A DNA stretch of 64,000 bases from an uncultured virus (IMG/VR IMGVR_UViG_3300042905_002851) (taxonomy: Duplodnaviria; Heunggongvirae; Uroviricota; Caudoviricetes), in IMG/VR virus record IMGVR_UViG_3300042905_002851, one strand, 5' to 3'. How positions within the stretch are numbered: the first letter of the stretch is position 1; each line of letters begins with the position of its first letter. A program made the position numbers and the translations under genes. This document shows, piece after piece, positions 10,954 to 21,282 of this stretch. A model generated the notes under the pieces. That model saw only the letters and a program-made list of their open reading frames with translations. It did no database searches and was not told where the DNA came from.

Positions 10954-11600
10954 AAAAAATAATATCATTTAGTTTGTGGGGGGATAATCCCGTTTACACT
11001 CAAGGAGCAATTAGAAATGCGGAATTAGCAAAAGAAATATATCCTGATTGGGTGTGCAGGTATTATATTGGTAAATCAACACCAAATGATATTGTTGTAA
11101 AATTACAAAACTTTGAAAACACAGAGGTTATTGTTATGGATAGTGATGGAGATTGGACCGGAATGTTTTGGAGGTTTTATCCTGCAAGTGAAGATGACGT
11201 TGATGTGATGATATCAAGGGATTGTGATTCGAGATTAAATAACAGAGAAAGAGATGCGGTTAACGAATGGTTATCCTCAGATAAAGGATTCCACATTATG
11301 AGGGATCACCCTTGGCATAACACAGCAATCTTAGGTGGTATGTGGGGATCAAGAAAGGGTATTGTAAATGAAATGAAGACTTTAATTGATTCGTATGTTA
11401 AAGGTAATTTTTGGCAAGTAGACCAAAATTTTTTAAAAGAATTTATCTATCCAAAAGTTAAAGATCAATCCTTAGTTCATGATGAGTTTTTTGAAAAAAA
11501 ACCATTTCCTTCTAAAAGACCATTAAATATATTTGTAGGACAGGCGTTTAATGAAAAAGACGAATTTTTACATCCTGAACATATAAAATTAATAAACTAA
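10950..11600 (+). CDS. Putative glycosyltransferase-like protein
   Basis: ISFSLWG, MFWRF, SRDCDSR, MRDHPWH, GGMWG, DQ.FL motifs; cluster context. Confidence 0.6.
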   Translation: MKKIISFSLWGDNPVYTQGAIRNAELAKEIYPDWVCRYYIGKSTPNDIVVKLQNFENTEVIVMDSDGDWTGMFWRFYPASEDDVDVMISRDCDSRLNNRERDAVNEWLSSDKGFHIMRDHPWHNTAILGGMWGSRKGIVNEMKTLIDSYVKGNFWQVDQNFLKEFIYPKVKDQSLVHDEFFEKKPFPSKRPLNIFVGQAFNEKDEFLHPEHIKLIN

Positions 11601-11606
11601 AAAAAA

Positions 11607-12956
11607 ATGTTTGATAGAATAGTTACAAGTACAAATGAAGACCTAATGTATTTAGGTTTTTGGAGAATCCAAATCCTCGCACATAAAAAATTTTTCCCTA
11701 ATAAAATTTTAACGATTGCATTTTTAACAAATAGAGATGAGGATGATGATCTTATAATTGAGATGAGAAATAATGGGGTTGACGTAAAACTTTATAAACC
11801 AATTCCAAATATACCAAAAGGTAATCAAGGAAAACTATTAAGATATGTATGTGCTTCCGAATTTGAGTCGGAAGTGTCGGTTATAACTGATATGGATACA
11901 ATACCATTACAATCAGATTATTTAAATGAAATAACATCAAAAAGAGAAAAAAATAAAGTTTTATGTGTCGGATCAGAAGTATATCATAATACCCCTCATA
12001 GTGGTAAGTTTCCTGCACATCATATGACGGCAGAAGGATCACTCTTTAAGAAATTATTTAATCCTAATAATTTACCTTATGATGAATTAATAAATGAAAT
12101 ATCAAAAATTAATAATGTTTTTGATTCAAAAGAATCTCTACATAGTGATATATTTTCTGATGAATCATTAATAAGGGTTTTATTTAATAATAGATCCGTT
12201 GAACGACAGAATTATCCAAGAAATATTAATATTAAACAACAATGGATAGACAGAAGCTGGTGGGGCATTGATAATGATAGATTAGAGAATTTTGAATATA
12301 TTGAGGCGAATTTATTAAGACCTTATAGTGATCATAGAAATGATATATTACCAATAGAGGTTTTTTTGAATAAGTTACATAACACAAATAGTAAATTTGA
12401 AACATCTTTTTTAAAAAATTATTTTTCTGTCGCAGAAAAAAGTTTAGAATTATATGGTGGAAATATTATTGAGATAGGCGCTGGACATGGTGAGTCAACA
12501 AAAAAACTTTTACAAATTGCAAAAAATTATAATAGTAAAGTTATAGTTATAGATCCATTTGAAGATGGTTGGGATGAAATGCCGGAAACATACGGAAAAC
12601 CTTATCCTTATGAAATTTTCAAATCTAATGTTTCGAATTATGAAAAAAATATAGTATTATTAAAAAAATCCTCGTTAGAAGAAAATATATATGATGATAT
12701 TGTTAATCATTCGCCGATTTCGTTTTCCTTTGTTGATGGTTTACAATATAAAGAAGCCGTCTTATCTGATTTAAGATTAATGAGAAAGTTAAATTGTAAA
12801 GTTATTTGTGTTGATGATTACACAAGAAATACAAATGAATCTCAAGTGCCATTGGCAATAGATGAATTTTTAACTATATTTAATGACTATGAAATCTTAT
12901 ATTCTGAGAACATACCTGTAAGAGCTAAAATATATTTAATAAAAAAACATATATGA
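11607..12956 (+). CDS. Fusion of a glycosyltransferase-like domain and a class I SAM methyltransferase
   Basis: N-terminal TDMD DxD and SDE; C-terminal IIEIGAGHGES...IDP...VDG...DD. Confidence 0.65.
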   Translation: MFDRIVTSTNEDLMYLGFWRIQILAHKKFFPNKILTIAFLTNRDEDDDLIIEMRNNGVDVKLYKPIPNIPKGNQGKLLRYVCASEFESEVSVITDMDTIPLQSDYLNEITSKREKNKVLCVGSEVYHNTPHSGKFPAHHMTAEGSLFKKLFNPNNLPYDELINEISKINNVFDSKESLHSDIFSDESLIRVLFNNRSVERQNYPRNINIKQQWIDRSWWGIDNDRLENFEYIEANLLRPYSDHRNDILPIEVFLNKLHNTNSKFETSFLKNYFSVAEKSLELYGGNIIEIGAGHGESTKKLLQIAKNYNSKVIVIDPFEDGWDEMPETYGKPYPYEIFKSNVSNYEKNIVLLKKSSLEENIYDDIVNHSPISFSFVDGLQYKEAVLSDLRLMRKLNCKVICVDDYTRNTNESQVPLAIDEFLTIFNDYEILYSENIPVRAKIYLIKKHI

Positions 12957-13513
12957 AAATTAAAAAAATATTTAGATTTGACGATGTTTGTATAAATGCG
13001 GATATGGAATTAATAAATGAAATGACCGACTTTCTGTTTAAAAAATTTCCAAAATGCGTTGTGTTATGGGGGGTTTCACCTTTAGTACATGATATGAGTC
13101 AAGAAGTTAATGAAATAACCAAACAAAGAATATTTCCTAAAATATTAAACGCCCATTCCGATTATCGTAAATACTATGAGGTTGATATGGCTGGATTACC
13201 TGAATTAAAAAAAGAAGCAACATTAGCGGCGCATGGTTTAGTTCACGTTGATCATAGATTGTTACCAAAACCGGCACAAGAAATGAGTATTTTAATAAGT
13301 TCATCTTTAGTGAAATCAAAAATATTTATACCACCATTTAATAAATGGAATAAAGATACTGATGATATTTGTAAGGAACACGGTATTGAGTTAATTAAAT
13401 TTGAGGACGGGTGGTTAAGTATGGAACATAATAAATTTAATGACATTCACAATAAATGGTATTTACACGCAAGGGAATTTACCTTTGATAATTTTAAAAA
13501 ATGGTTTGATTAA
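12953..13513 (+). CDS. Polysaccharide deacetylase-like (NodB/DUF2334-type) protein
   Basis: FRFDDV, HGLVH, FIPPFN, terminal H. Confidence 0.6.
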   Translation: MKIKKIFRFDDVCINADMELINEMTDFLFKKFPKCVVLWGVSPLVHDMSQEVNEITKQRIFPKILNAHSDYRKYYEVDMAGLPELKKEATLAAHGLVHVDHRLLPKPAQEMSILISSSLVKSKIFIPPFNKWNKDTDDICKEHGIELIKFEDGWLSMEHNKFNDIHNKWYLHAREFTFDNFKKWFD

Positions 13514-13514
13514 T

Positions 13515-14015
13515 ATGAATAATTTAGAAAAAAATGAATTTATGGAAAACCATAAATGGGGAGGATCTGGTATTGAGAGGTTATTATTTGAGTTTATCTT
13601 AGATAAGTTTGATGTTGGTTGTAACGTAATAGAATTTGGTAGTGGTTATTGTAGTACTGAAGCCTTTTCTAAATTTTATAATTTATATTCAGTAGACGAA
13701 AATAAATTATACGTAAATATTTATAAAAATGTTAATTACCTTCACGCTGATGTTATTGACGGATGGTACGACAAAAATAAAGTTATTGATTTTTTACCAA
13801 AAAAATATGATTTAGTTTTTGTTGATGGCCCATTAGGCGAGGGTAATAGAAGTGGTATATTAAAAAACTTAGAGATCTTTAATGATGAGACTATTTTTAT
13901 ATTTCACGACACCTATAGAGATACAGAAAAAAATTTGGCAATTGATGTTGCAAAAAAATTAAATAAAAATATTGAGTTCTACACTGACGGCGATTATTGG
14001 GCAGTAATTAAATAA
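13515..14015 (+). CDS. Class I SAM-dependent methyltransferase-like protein
   Basis: IEFGSG.ST, YDLVFVDGP, HD..R; ATG at 13515 follows the previous stop. Confidence 0.7.
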   Translation: MNNLEKNEFMENHKWGGSGIERLLFEFILDKFDVGCNVIEFGSGYCSTEAFSKFYNLYSVDENKLYVNIYKNVNYLHADVIDGWYDKNKVIDFLPKKYDLVFVDGPLGEGNRSGILKNLEIFNDETIFIFHDTYRDTEKNLAIDVAKKLNKNIEFYTDGDYWAVIK

Positions 14016-14020
14016 ATTAT

Positions 14021-14590
14021 ATGATAATTACAATACACCAACCTAATTTTTTCCCATATTATCCTTTTTTTCAAAAAATGGAAGATTCAGATATATTTGT
14101 AATATTAACACATTGTCAGTTTGAAAAAAATAATTTTCAAAATAGGTTTAATTTAAATGGTAAGTGGTATACAATGTCAACAAATAAAGGGTTAGATCCA
14201 ATTAACACAAAAAAATATTTAAACTCAGAAAAGGATTGGAATATAATTAAAAATATGTTACCGGAATATAAAAATATATTAGGTTTATTTGATGAATGTG
14301 TAAGTGATAGTTTATCACAAACTAATTCCAACATAATTATTAAAATAAAAGAATTGTTAAATATAAAAACAGAAATTGTTTTTGATTACCAAACTAATTT
14401 AACATCAACGGATAGATTAGTTGATATTTGTTTAAAATATGGAGGTAAAACTTATATTTCTGGAGTGTCAGGTAAAAAATATTTAGACATAAATAAATTT
14501 CATGATAAAGGGATTAATGTCATCTTTCAACAGGAAGAAACAATGATAAAATCACCAATTTTAGAAATTTTAAAAAAATCAAATTTTTAA
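14021..14590 (+). CDS. WbqC-like protein
   Basis: HQPNFFPY, QNR, RL..IC...G...Y.SG..G..Y. Confidence 0.85.
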   Translation: MIITIHQPNFFPYYPFFQKMEDSDIFVILTHCQFEKNNFQNRFNLNGKWYTMSTNKGLDPINTKKYLNSEKDWNIIKNMLPEYKNILGLFDECVSDSLSQTNSNIIIKIKELLNIKTEIVFDYQTNLTSTDRLVDICLKYGGKTYISGVSGKKYLDINKFHDKGINVIFQQEETMIKSPILEILKKSNF

Positions 14591-14592
14591 AT

Positions 14593-15453
14593 ATGAAAAT
14601 ATTAATCATACAAGAAAACGGTAGACATGATGAAAATAGACAATTCAGAGAGTGTTTTAATCTACAAAGATCTCTTATATCTATTGGTCACGATTGTGTT
14701 GTTTGGGGTTTAGGTCATGAAAATTTTAATACACCTGTTAATGATTTAATTAATGAATGCGATGCAATTTTAATTTTAGAAAATTACGATCAAACTAATT
14801 GGGTTCCTAATTTAAAATCATCTAATAAGATTAAATTATTTTGGAGCATTGACTCACATTTAATTTTAAAACAACACCAAAATAATGTAGATAAATATGG
14901 TGTGGATATTGTATTAAATGCAATAGAATCAGACCAAAATGAATTTAAAAATGTTAAAACATATTATTTCCCTAATGCTTACCCATCTGATTTAATTTAT
15001 CCTATGTTAAACATAGAGAAAACACATTTCTTAGGGTTTTGTGGTTCCTTACTAGATAGAGGAGGGTATATTGAGAGATTAAAAAAAGATTTTGGTTTAC
15101 ACGCAGATATATGGAAGTTAGGAAAGAGTATGGTTGAATCAATTAACTCTTATAAAATACACTTTAATAAAACTTTAAAAAATGATATTAATTATAGAGT
15201 TTTTGAAACTATGGGGACTAAAACAATGTTATTGTCTAATAACACAGAAAATTTAACTACGTTTTTTACGGATATGGAAAATATTGTAATATACAATAAT
15301 GATAGGGAACTTTACGAAAAATTAGATTACCTAAAAACTAATGAATCTGAGATTTATAGAATTGCGGAAAATGGATACAATAACGTATTAAATAATCACA
15401 CGTATAACCATAGATCTAAAAGATTGGTGGAGATAATTAAAGAAAATTTATGA
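14593..15453 (+). CDS. CgeB/Glyco_trans_1_2-type glycosyltransferase
   Basis: FCGS, N.RVFE, IAENG...HTY.HR. Confidence 0.75.
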   Translation: MKILIIQENGRHDENRQFRECFNLQRSLISIGHDCVVWGLGHENFNTPVNDLINECDAILILENYDQTNWVPNLKSSNKIKLFWSIDSHLILKQHQNNVDKYGVDIVLNAIESDQNEFKNVKTYYFPNAYPSDLIYPMLNIEKTHFLGFCGSLLDRGGYIERLKKDFGLHADIWKLGKSMVESINSYKIHFNKTLKNDINYRVFETMGTKTMLLSNNTENLTTFFTDMENIVIYNNDRELYEKLDYLKTNESEIYRIAENGYNNVLNNHTYNHRSKRLVEIIKENL

Positions 15454-16427
15454 AAAAAGCGTTAATAACAGGAATAAACGGACAAGACGGATCATATCTT
15501 GCAGAACTTCTTTTAGAAAAAGGGTATGAGGTATGGGGGACCGTAAAAAGAAATTCAGTATCTGAAACTCAATCATCAAGAATTGAACATTTAAGAGATA
15601 ATAATAAACTAAATTTGGAGTATGCTGATTTAACAGATATGTCATCAATAATTAAAATTTTATCTAAATTCCAACCAGATGAGGTTTATAACTTGGCGGC
15701 ACAATCCCACGTAAGAATTAGTTTTGACCAACCTATCTATACTGCAAATGTGACTGGTGTTGGGACTTTAAATCTTTTAGAATCAATTAGAATGGTATCA
15801 CCACATTCAAAAATTTATCAGGCGTCCTCTTCAGAAATGTTTGGCAATTCAATTGATGAGGATGGTTACCAACGAGAGTCAACACCAATGAATCCTGTGT
15901 CACCATACGGATGCGCTAAAGTATTTTCATACAATATCTGTAGAAATTATAGAAACTCTTACAACATGAAAATATGGAATGGAATTTTATTTAACCACGA
16001 ATCACCAAGACGAGGAACAAACTTTGTAACTAACAAAGTTGTAAAGGCGGCAGTAAGAATTAGTTTAGGGCTACAAGAAAATTTACATTTAGGTAATCTT
16101 GATGCGACAAGAGATTGGGGTCACGCTAAAGATTATGTTGAAGCGATGTGGATGATGTTACAAACCGACAAACCTGATGATTATGTGTGTTCCACCGGTG
16201 TATCTCATTCAGTAAAAGATTTATGTGAATATACTTTCTCATCATTAGGATTAGATTTTAAAAATTATGTTGAAGTTGATAAAAAACACTTTAGACCTGA
16301 AGAATTAGAGAACTTAAAAGGTGATTCAAATAAAATAAGAAAAGATCTTTCGTGGGAACCAAAATACACATTTGAAACCATGTTAGACGAAATGATTCAA
16401 TATTGGTTAGGTTATTATGGTAAATAA
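15450..16427 (+). CDS. gmd: GDP-mannose 4,6-dehydratase
   Basis: ALITGINGQDGSYLAE, NLAAQSHV, QASSSEMFG, FNHESPRRG, RDWGHAKDY. Confidence 0.96.
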   Translation: MKKALITGINGQDGSYLAELLLEKGYEVWGTVKRNSVSETQSSRIEHLRDNNKLNLEYADLTDMSSIIKILSKFQPDEVYNLAAQSHVRISFDQPIYTANVTGVGTLNLLESIRMVSPHSKIYQASSSEMFGNSIDEDGYQRESTPMNPVSPYGCAKVFSYNICRNYRNSYNMKIWNGILFNHESPRRGTNFVTNKVVKAAVRISLGLQENLHLGNLDATRDWGHAKDYVEAMWMMLQTDKPDDYVCSTGVSHSVKDLCEYTFSSLGLDFKNYVEVDKKHFRPEELENLKGDSNKIRKDLSWEPKYTFETMLDEMIQYWLGYYGK

Positions 16428-17328
16428 TATATTAATAACAGGAGGTCATGGATTAGTTGGTTCGGAGTTTATTGGTAAACAATACTTCAAACCAACACCC
16501 AAAGAATTTGACTTACGAATTGTTGAAAATACAAACCGTCTAATGTTAAAACAATTTGATGGTGTTATTCATTGCGCTGGTAAAGTAGGAGGTGTTGGTG
16601 GAAACATGAACCATAAGGGTGAATTTTTTTACGATAACATTATGATGAACACAAATGTTATTGAGGGGGCTAGATTAACAGGAGTAAAAAACTTAGTCTC
16701 GTTTCTCTCAACGTGCGTTTTTCCTGATCAGGTTGAATATCCCCTTACTGAAAAAAAAATTCATTTGGGCCCACCACATTTTTCAAATGATGCTTATGCC
16801 TACGCAAAAAGAATGGCGGACATTCAAATTAGAGCATACAAAGAACAATATGGTTTAAATTATAAATCAGTTATCCCTTGTAATATTTACGGACCAAACG
16901 ACAATTACGACATTGTAAATGGTCATGTAATACCATCTTTAATTCACAAATGCTATTTGGCAAGAGAAAATAACACCCCACTAACAATATGGGGATCAGG
17001 AAAACCATTAAGAGAATTTATTTTTAGTAAAGACGTTGCAAAACTAACTGAATGGGTTTTATATAATTATAACGAAAATGAACCAATTATTTTATCAACT
17101 TCCGAAGAAATTTCAATTATGGATATTGTTGGTATTATCGTTGAGTTGATGAACTTTAAAGGTGATGTTATTTTTGACTCATCTAAACCTGACGGGCAAT
17201 TTAGAAAACCTAGCGATAATAGTAAGATTAAAAACTATTTACCCGATTTTAAATTCACCCCATTATACGATGGGTTAAAAGAAACTATTGAGTATTTTGA
17301 AAAAAATTATACTATTATAAGAAAATGA
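16417..17328 (+). CDS. fcl: GDP-L-fucose synthase
   Basis: TGG.GLVG, AGKVGG, STC.FP, YAYAKR, PCNIYGP.DN, WGSGKPLREF. Confidence 0.93.
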   Translation: MVNNILITGGHGLVGSEFIGKQYFKPTPKEFDLRIVENTNRLMLKQFDGVIHCAGKVGGVGGNMNHKGEFFYDNIMMNTNVIEGARLTGVKNLVSFLSTCVFPDQVEYPLTEKKIHLGPPHFSNDAYAYAKRMADIQIRAYKEQYGLNYKSVIPCNIYGPNDNYDIVNGHVIPSLIHKCYLARENNTPLTIWGSGKPLREFIFSKDVAKLTEWVLYNYNENEPIILSTSEEISIMDIVGIIVELMNFKGDVIFDSSKPDGQFRKPSDNSKIKNYLPDFKFTPLYDGLKETIEYFEKNYTIIRK

Positions 17329-17768
17329 TGAATAATAAAATTGTAGGGATAACCTGTAGCACGTTCGATTTATTACACACTGGCCACATCATTATGTTAG
17401 AAGAATGTAAAAAACATTGTGATTATTTAATATGTGCATTACAAAACGACCCAACAATAGATAGGAAAGATAAAAATAAACCAATCCAATCTCTTGTAGA
17501 AAGATACTTGCAATTGGATGCGGTTAAATATGTTGATAAGATAATCCCCTACAATGATGAAGAAGAATTAGAAGAACTTTTTAGTTCTTTAGATTTGGAT
17601 GTTCGAATAATTGGTGAGGATTATAAAGACAAAAATTACACAGCAAAAAGTATTTGCCAAAAAAGGGGGATTAGAATTATATACAATAAACGTGATCATA
17701 ATTACTCAACAACAAACCTTAGAAAAAAAATCTATGATGGGGAAAGTAAAAAAAGATTTATTAATTAA
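17325..17768 (+). CDS. Cytidylyltransferase (TagD/glycerol-3-phosphate cytidylyltransferase-like)
   Basis: FDLLHTGH (HxGH), ER, VD.II, YSTT. Confidence 0.85.
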   Translation: MMNNKIVGITCSTFDLLHTGHIIMLEECKKHCDYLICALQNDPTIDRKDKNKPIQSLVERYLQLDAVKYVDKIIPYNDEEELEELFSSLDLDVRIIGEDYKDKNYTAKSICQKRGIRIIYNKRDHNYSTTNLRKKIYDGESKKRFIN

Positions 17769-17771
17769 AAT

Positions 17772-18518
17772 ATGGCAATAAGAAAAAAACCAGATCCAAT
17801 AATTAAATTGGAGACTAAAGATTCTAAACCTTTTTCAAAAAAGGATTTAATTAACTCAATAATTAAACGAAAACAAAAAAATAAATTTTTATCTGAGCAC
17901 CAAGAAGATTATTATAACATTTTAAAAAATAATCAAATTACGGTTGCTTCAGGACCTGCGGGTGTTGGTAAAAGTTTTATTGCAATGAAGGCGGCAGTAG
18001 ATCTTTTATTGGACGCAAATAACTCATATGAGAAAATAATCATTGTTAGACCGGCGGTTGAAGCAGAAGAGAAGTTAGGTTCTTTACCTGGTAATCTTGA
18101 AGAAAAATTAGACCCATATATTTTCCCATCCTATTATTTATTAAATAAAATTATTGGTAAAGAAGCAAGAGAAGAATTAAAGAAGGCAGAAATTATTGAG
18201 GTATTCGCTTTAGCGTATATGAGAGGTATGAATATAGATAACTCAATCCTTATTTTTGAAGAGGCACAAAACTCAACCCCTAATCAAATGAAATTGTTGT
18301 TAACAAGAATTGGTTATAACAGTAAATTTTTTATATCTGGAGATCTTGAACAGACTGATAGGTATAAAGATAAAAAACAATCAGGACTATACGACGCAAT
18401 ACAAAAATTCAGTAATGTTTCAGACATTGGTGTTTATGATTTTAGGGACGCTAAAAACGTTAGAAACCCATTAATTACTAAAATATTATCAGAATATGAC
18501 AAAGAGAATAGGAATTGA
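17772..18518 (+). CDS. phoH: PhoH family ATPase
   Basis: GPAGVGKS, RPAVE...LG.LPG, YMRG, EAQN, LTRIG, GD..Q.D. Confidence 0.93.
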   Translation: MAIRKKPDPIIKLETKDSKPFSKKDLINSIIKRKQKNKFLSEHQEDYYNILKNNQITVASGPAGVGKSFIAMKAAVDLLLDANNSYEKIIIVRPAVEAEEKLGSLPGNLEEKLDPYIFPSYYLLNKIIGKEAREELKKAEIIEVFALAYMRGMNIDNSILIFEEAQNSTPNQMKLLLTRIGYNSKFFISGDLEQTDRYKDKKQSGLYDAIQKFSNVSDIGVYDFRDAKNVRNPLITKILSEYDKENRN

Positions 18519-19161
18519 CATTAATGGGGTATTAAGAGATACTATTACCAAATTTGGGCAACTTTACGAAAAACACTTAATTGAAAGTGATCCAAATGGG
18601 TATGTGGGTAAAACATATAATGTGGACATATCGGGAAACACTGAATTGGAGGTGTCCGACATAATTCCTTTTGAATATAAAAAACTAACTGACGTTGACT
18701 CTTTAGATTTGACCAAACATTTTGCGTTTCGTAATAGTGAGGAATTATTTTCATTTATGTATGAAGAATATTCAATGGAATTATTTGGTCACGCCCCATC
18801 AACGGAGATGACAACATTTAATATGTTAAACGATTTATATCTTGAGTTAAGAGATGAGAATGAGTTAATGATTGTTTCAAGTGAGATTGGTAAATCAAAA
18901 CCATCCTCATTATTCTTCCTATCTAAATTTGGATGTTTATTAGAAAAGATATTTTTTTTTAGTGAAATCACAAAAGAATCTATGTGGGATCAAGTAGATA
19001 TTTTACTTACTGCGGATCCTATATTATTGTTAGATAAACACAAAGGAAAAGTGGTTGTTAAATACGTCACTGATTACAATAAACATATTAAATCTGAATA
19101 TGAAATTTTTTCACTTTCAGAATTTAATGACACAATAAAAACAATAAAACAAAATGTTTAA
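18496..19161 (+). CDS. HAD-like 5'(3')-deoxyribonucleotidase-related protein (motif I variant DING)
   Basis: RIGIDINGVLRD N-terminus; YN near C-terminus. Confidence 0.55.
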   Translation: MTKRIGIDINGVLRDTITKFGQLYEKHLIESDPNGYVGKTYNVDISGNTELEVSDIIPFEYKKLTDVDSLDLTKHFAFRNSEELFSFMYEEYSMELFGHAPSTEMTTFNMLNDLYLELRDENELMIVSSEIGKSKPSSLFFLSKFGCLLEKIFFFSEITKESMWDQVDILLTADPILLLDKHKGKVVVKYVTDYNKHIKSEYEIFSLSEFNDTIKTIKQNV

Positions 19162-19408
19162 ATTATTTGGCGAAAATTACTACTTTGATATTGATAAGAT
19201 TGAAAAAGAAGTTGAGTTACATATAACGACCGGAGAATCTCAAATTCATTTAGTTAAATATGAGATGATAAAAAATATGATAGAAACAGTATTAACGGAA
19301 GACGGAGAAATTGATGAAAACATGGGAATGAAAAGTAATGAAGTCTCAATCCCATTCAAATTATCTTTCAATTCATTATTAATGAAAAACATAATAAACA
19401 AACTATAA
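19154..19408 (+). CDS. Hypothetical protein
   Basis: Operon-packed ORF. Confidence 0.65.
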   Translation: MFKLFGENYYFDIDKIEKEVELHITTGESQIHLVKYEMIKNMIETVLTEDGEIDENMGMKSNEVSIPFKLSFNSLLMKNIINKL

Positions 19409-19414
19409 AAAATT

Positions 19415-20473
19415 ATGAGCACTGAAAATTACGAAAAGTTGGAGAAGTCTATAAATAATATGAAAGAAAAACTTTCAAGAATTTATTTTATGGTACAGGA
19501 CACAAAAGGAAATGCGAAGGCGTCTGTTAGGTATATATATCAAATGGCAACCGCATTAAAAAAAGAAGGATATAATTCTATTATATTACACGAAAAACCA
19601 GATTACTTTGGGGTATCATCTTGGTTAGGAGAAGAGTATATGTCAGATCTTGAACATAGGTCAATTGATGGGACAAGTTTAGAAATTTCTCCTGACGACC
19701 TTATTATCATACCTGAAATATATGGATTTGTAATGGATCAAATTACAAAACTTCCTTGTGGTAAAATTGTTTTGTCTCAATCGTTTGATAATATTTTTGA
19801 AACATTGCAACCAGGACAATCTTGGACTCAATTAGGGTTTTACAAATGTATTACAACGTCTAACAAACAAAAGGAACTAATTGAATCGGTTATGAGAAAT
19901 ATCTCTGTTGATGTGGTAGAACCATCGATTTCGGATAACTTTAAAAAAAATAAATTCCCACCAAAAACAATAATCAATATTCACACAAGGGATCAAAGAG
20001 ACACGGCAAATTTGATTAAAGCATTTTATGTTAAATTTCCTCAATATAGGTGGATAAGTTTTAGAGACCTTCGTAATTTTTCAGAAACCGAATTTGCTGA
20101 AGCAATGAAAGATAGTTTTATCTCAATATGGATTGACCAAACAAGTTCTTACGGAACATTTCCACTTGAGTCTATGAAAATGGGTATTCCTGTTTTAGGT
20201 TTAGTTCCTGACATCGTGCCTTCTTGGATGAACGAAGATAACGGATTATGGGTTAATAACAAAACATTAATTGTTGACGTATTATCTGACTTTATTCAAA
20301 ATTGGTTAGAGGATAACCTTAACCCTGAACTCTTTTCCAAAATGGAACTTACACTATCTTCCATATCAACAACAGAGAAATTTGAAAAAGACACAATTTC
20401 TTTATTTAACGAATTATTCAAAAAACGCATAGAGTCTTTTGAAGATCAACTTTCTAAATTTGAAACAGTATAA
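19415..20473 (+). CDS. GT-B glycosyltransferase-like protein
   Basis: IIIPE; YGTFPLESMKMGIPV resembles the GT4 E-x7-E region. Confidence 0.65.
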   Translation: MSTENYEKLEKSINNMKEKLSRIYFMVQDTKGNAKASVRYIYQMATALKKEGYNSIILHEKPDYFGVSSWLGEEYMSDLEHRSIDGTSLEISPDDLIIIPEIYGFVMDQITKLPCGKIVLSQSFDNIFETLQPGQSWTQLGFYKCITTSNKQKELIESVMRNISVDVVEPSISDNFKKNKFPPKTIINIHTRDQRDTANLIKAFYVKFPQYRWISFRDLRNFSETEFAEAMKDSFISIWIDQTSSYGTFPLESMKMGIPVLGLVPDIVPSWMNEDNGLWVNNKTLIVDVLSDFIQNWLEDNLNPELFSKMELTLSSISTTEKFEKDTISLFNELFKKRIESFEDQLSKFETV

Positions 20474-20475
20474 TT

Positions 20476-21282
20476 ATGAGCACAAATAATAAAATATCAG
20501 TTATTCTACCTATAAAAACGGGTAAGGCGTTGGGGTTTCCTGACTTTTTTGATAAATGCATACAGTCTGTAAAATATCAAAATGAAAATATAAATGAATT
20601 AATAATCGTACACGGATCTGAAGATCTTTTAACAAATTATTTAAAAGATTATGACTTTAGTGGTATAACGGTTACTTTAGAATTATGGGACAAAACACCT
20701 AATTTCGCTAAACAAGTAAATCACGGAGTTTCTATATCAAAATCAAATTGGTGTTCTATATTAGAATTTGATGACGAATACTCAAATATTTGGTTTAAAA
20801 ATGTTTCCAAATATATGGATATTTATAAAGACGTAGACGCCTTTCTTCCTATTGTCGTTGATATTGATGAAAAATTTATTTTTGCTGGTTTCACAAACGA
20901 AGCAACATTTGCAGCAAATGTTTCTTCTGAAATGGGCATTTTAACAAATGAAACTTTACAAAGTTTTCAGAATTTTCAAATTTCTGGAATGGTTTTTAAT
21001 AAAGAAAAGTATCAACAAGTTGGTGGATTAAAGTCTAATATAAAATTAACATTTGGTTATGAGTTATTTTTAAGATTAACATATAATTCAGCAAAAATTA
21101 TGACGATTCCAAAAATAGGTTATAAACACATGAATCTAAGAGAGGGATCTATTTTTTGGAATTATAAAAATGGTGAGGATAGAATAAGTCAGGATGAGGC
21201 AAAGTTTTGGATTGATTCCGCAAAAAAAGAGTGTTCATACACTAACGAACGAGAAATAAAATACGAACCCCAAGAAATTTAA
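20476..21282 (+). CDS. Glycosyltransferase family 2
   Basis: ISVILP, N.G, EFDD. Confidence 0.7.
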   Translation: MSTNNKISVILPIKTGKALGFPDFFDKCIQSVKYQNENINELIIVHGSEDLLTNYLKDYDFSGITVTLELWDKTPNFAKQVNHGVSISKSNWCSILEFDDEYSNIWFKNVSKYMDIYKDVDAFLPIVVDIDEKFIFAGFTNEATFAANVSSEMGILTNETLQSFQNFQISGMVFNKEKYQQVGGLKSNIKLTFGYELFLRLTYNSAKIMTIPKIGYKHMNLREGSIFWNYKNGEDRISQDEAKFWIDSAKKECSYTNEREIKYEPQEI

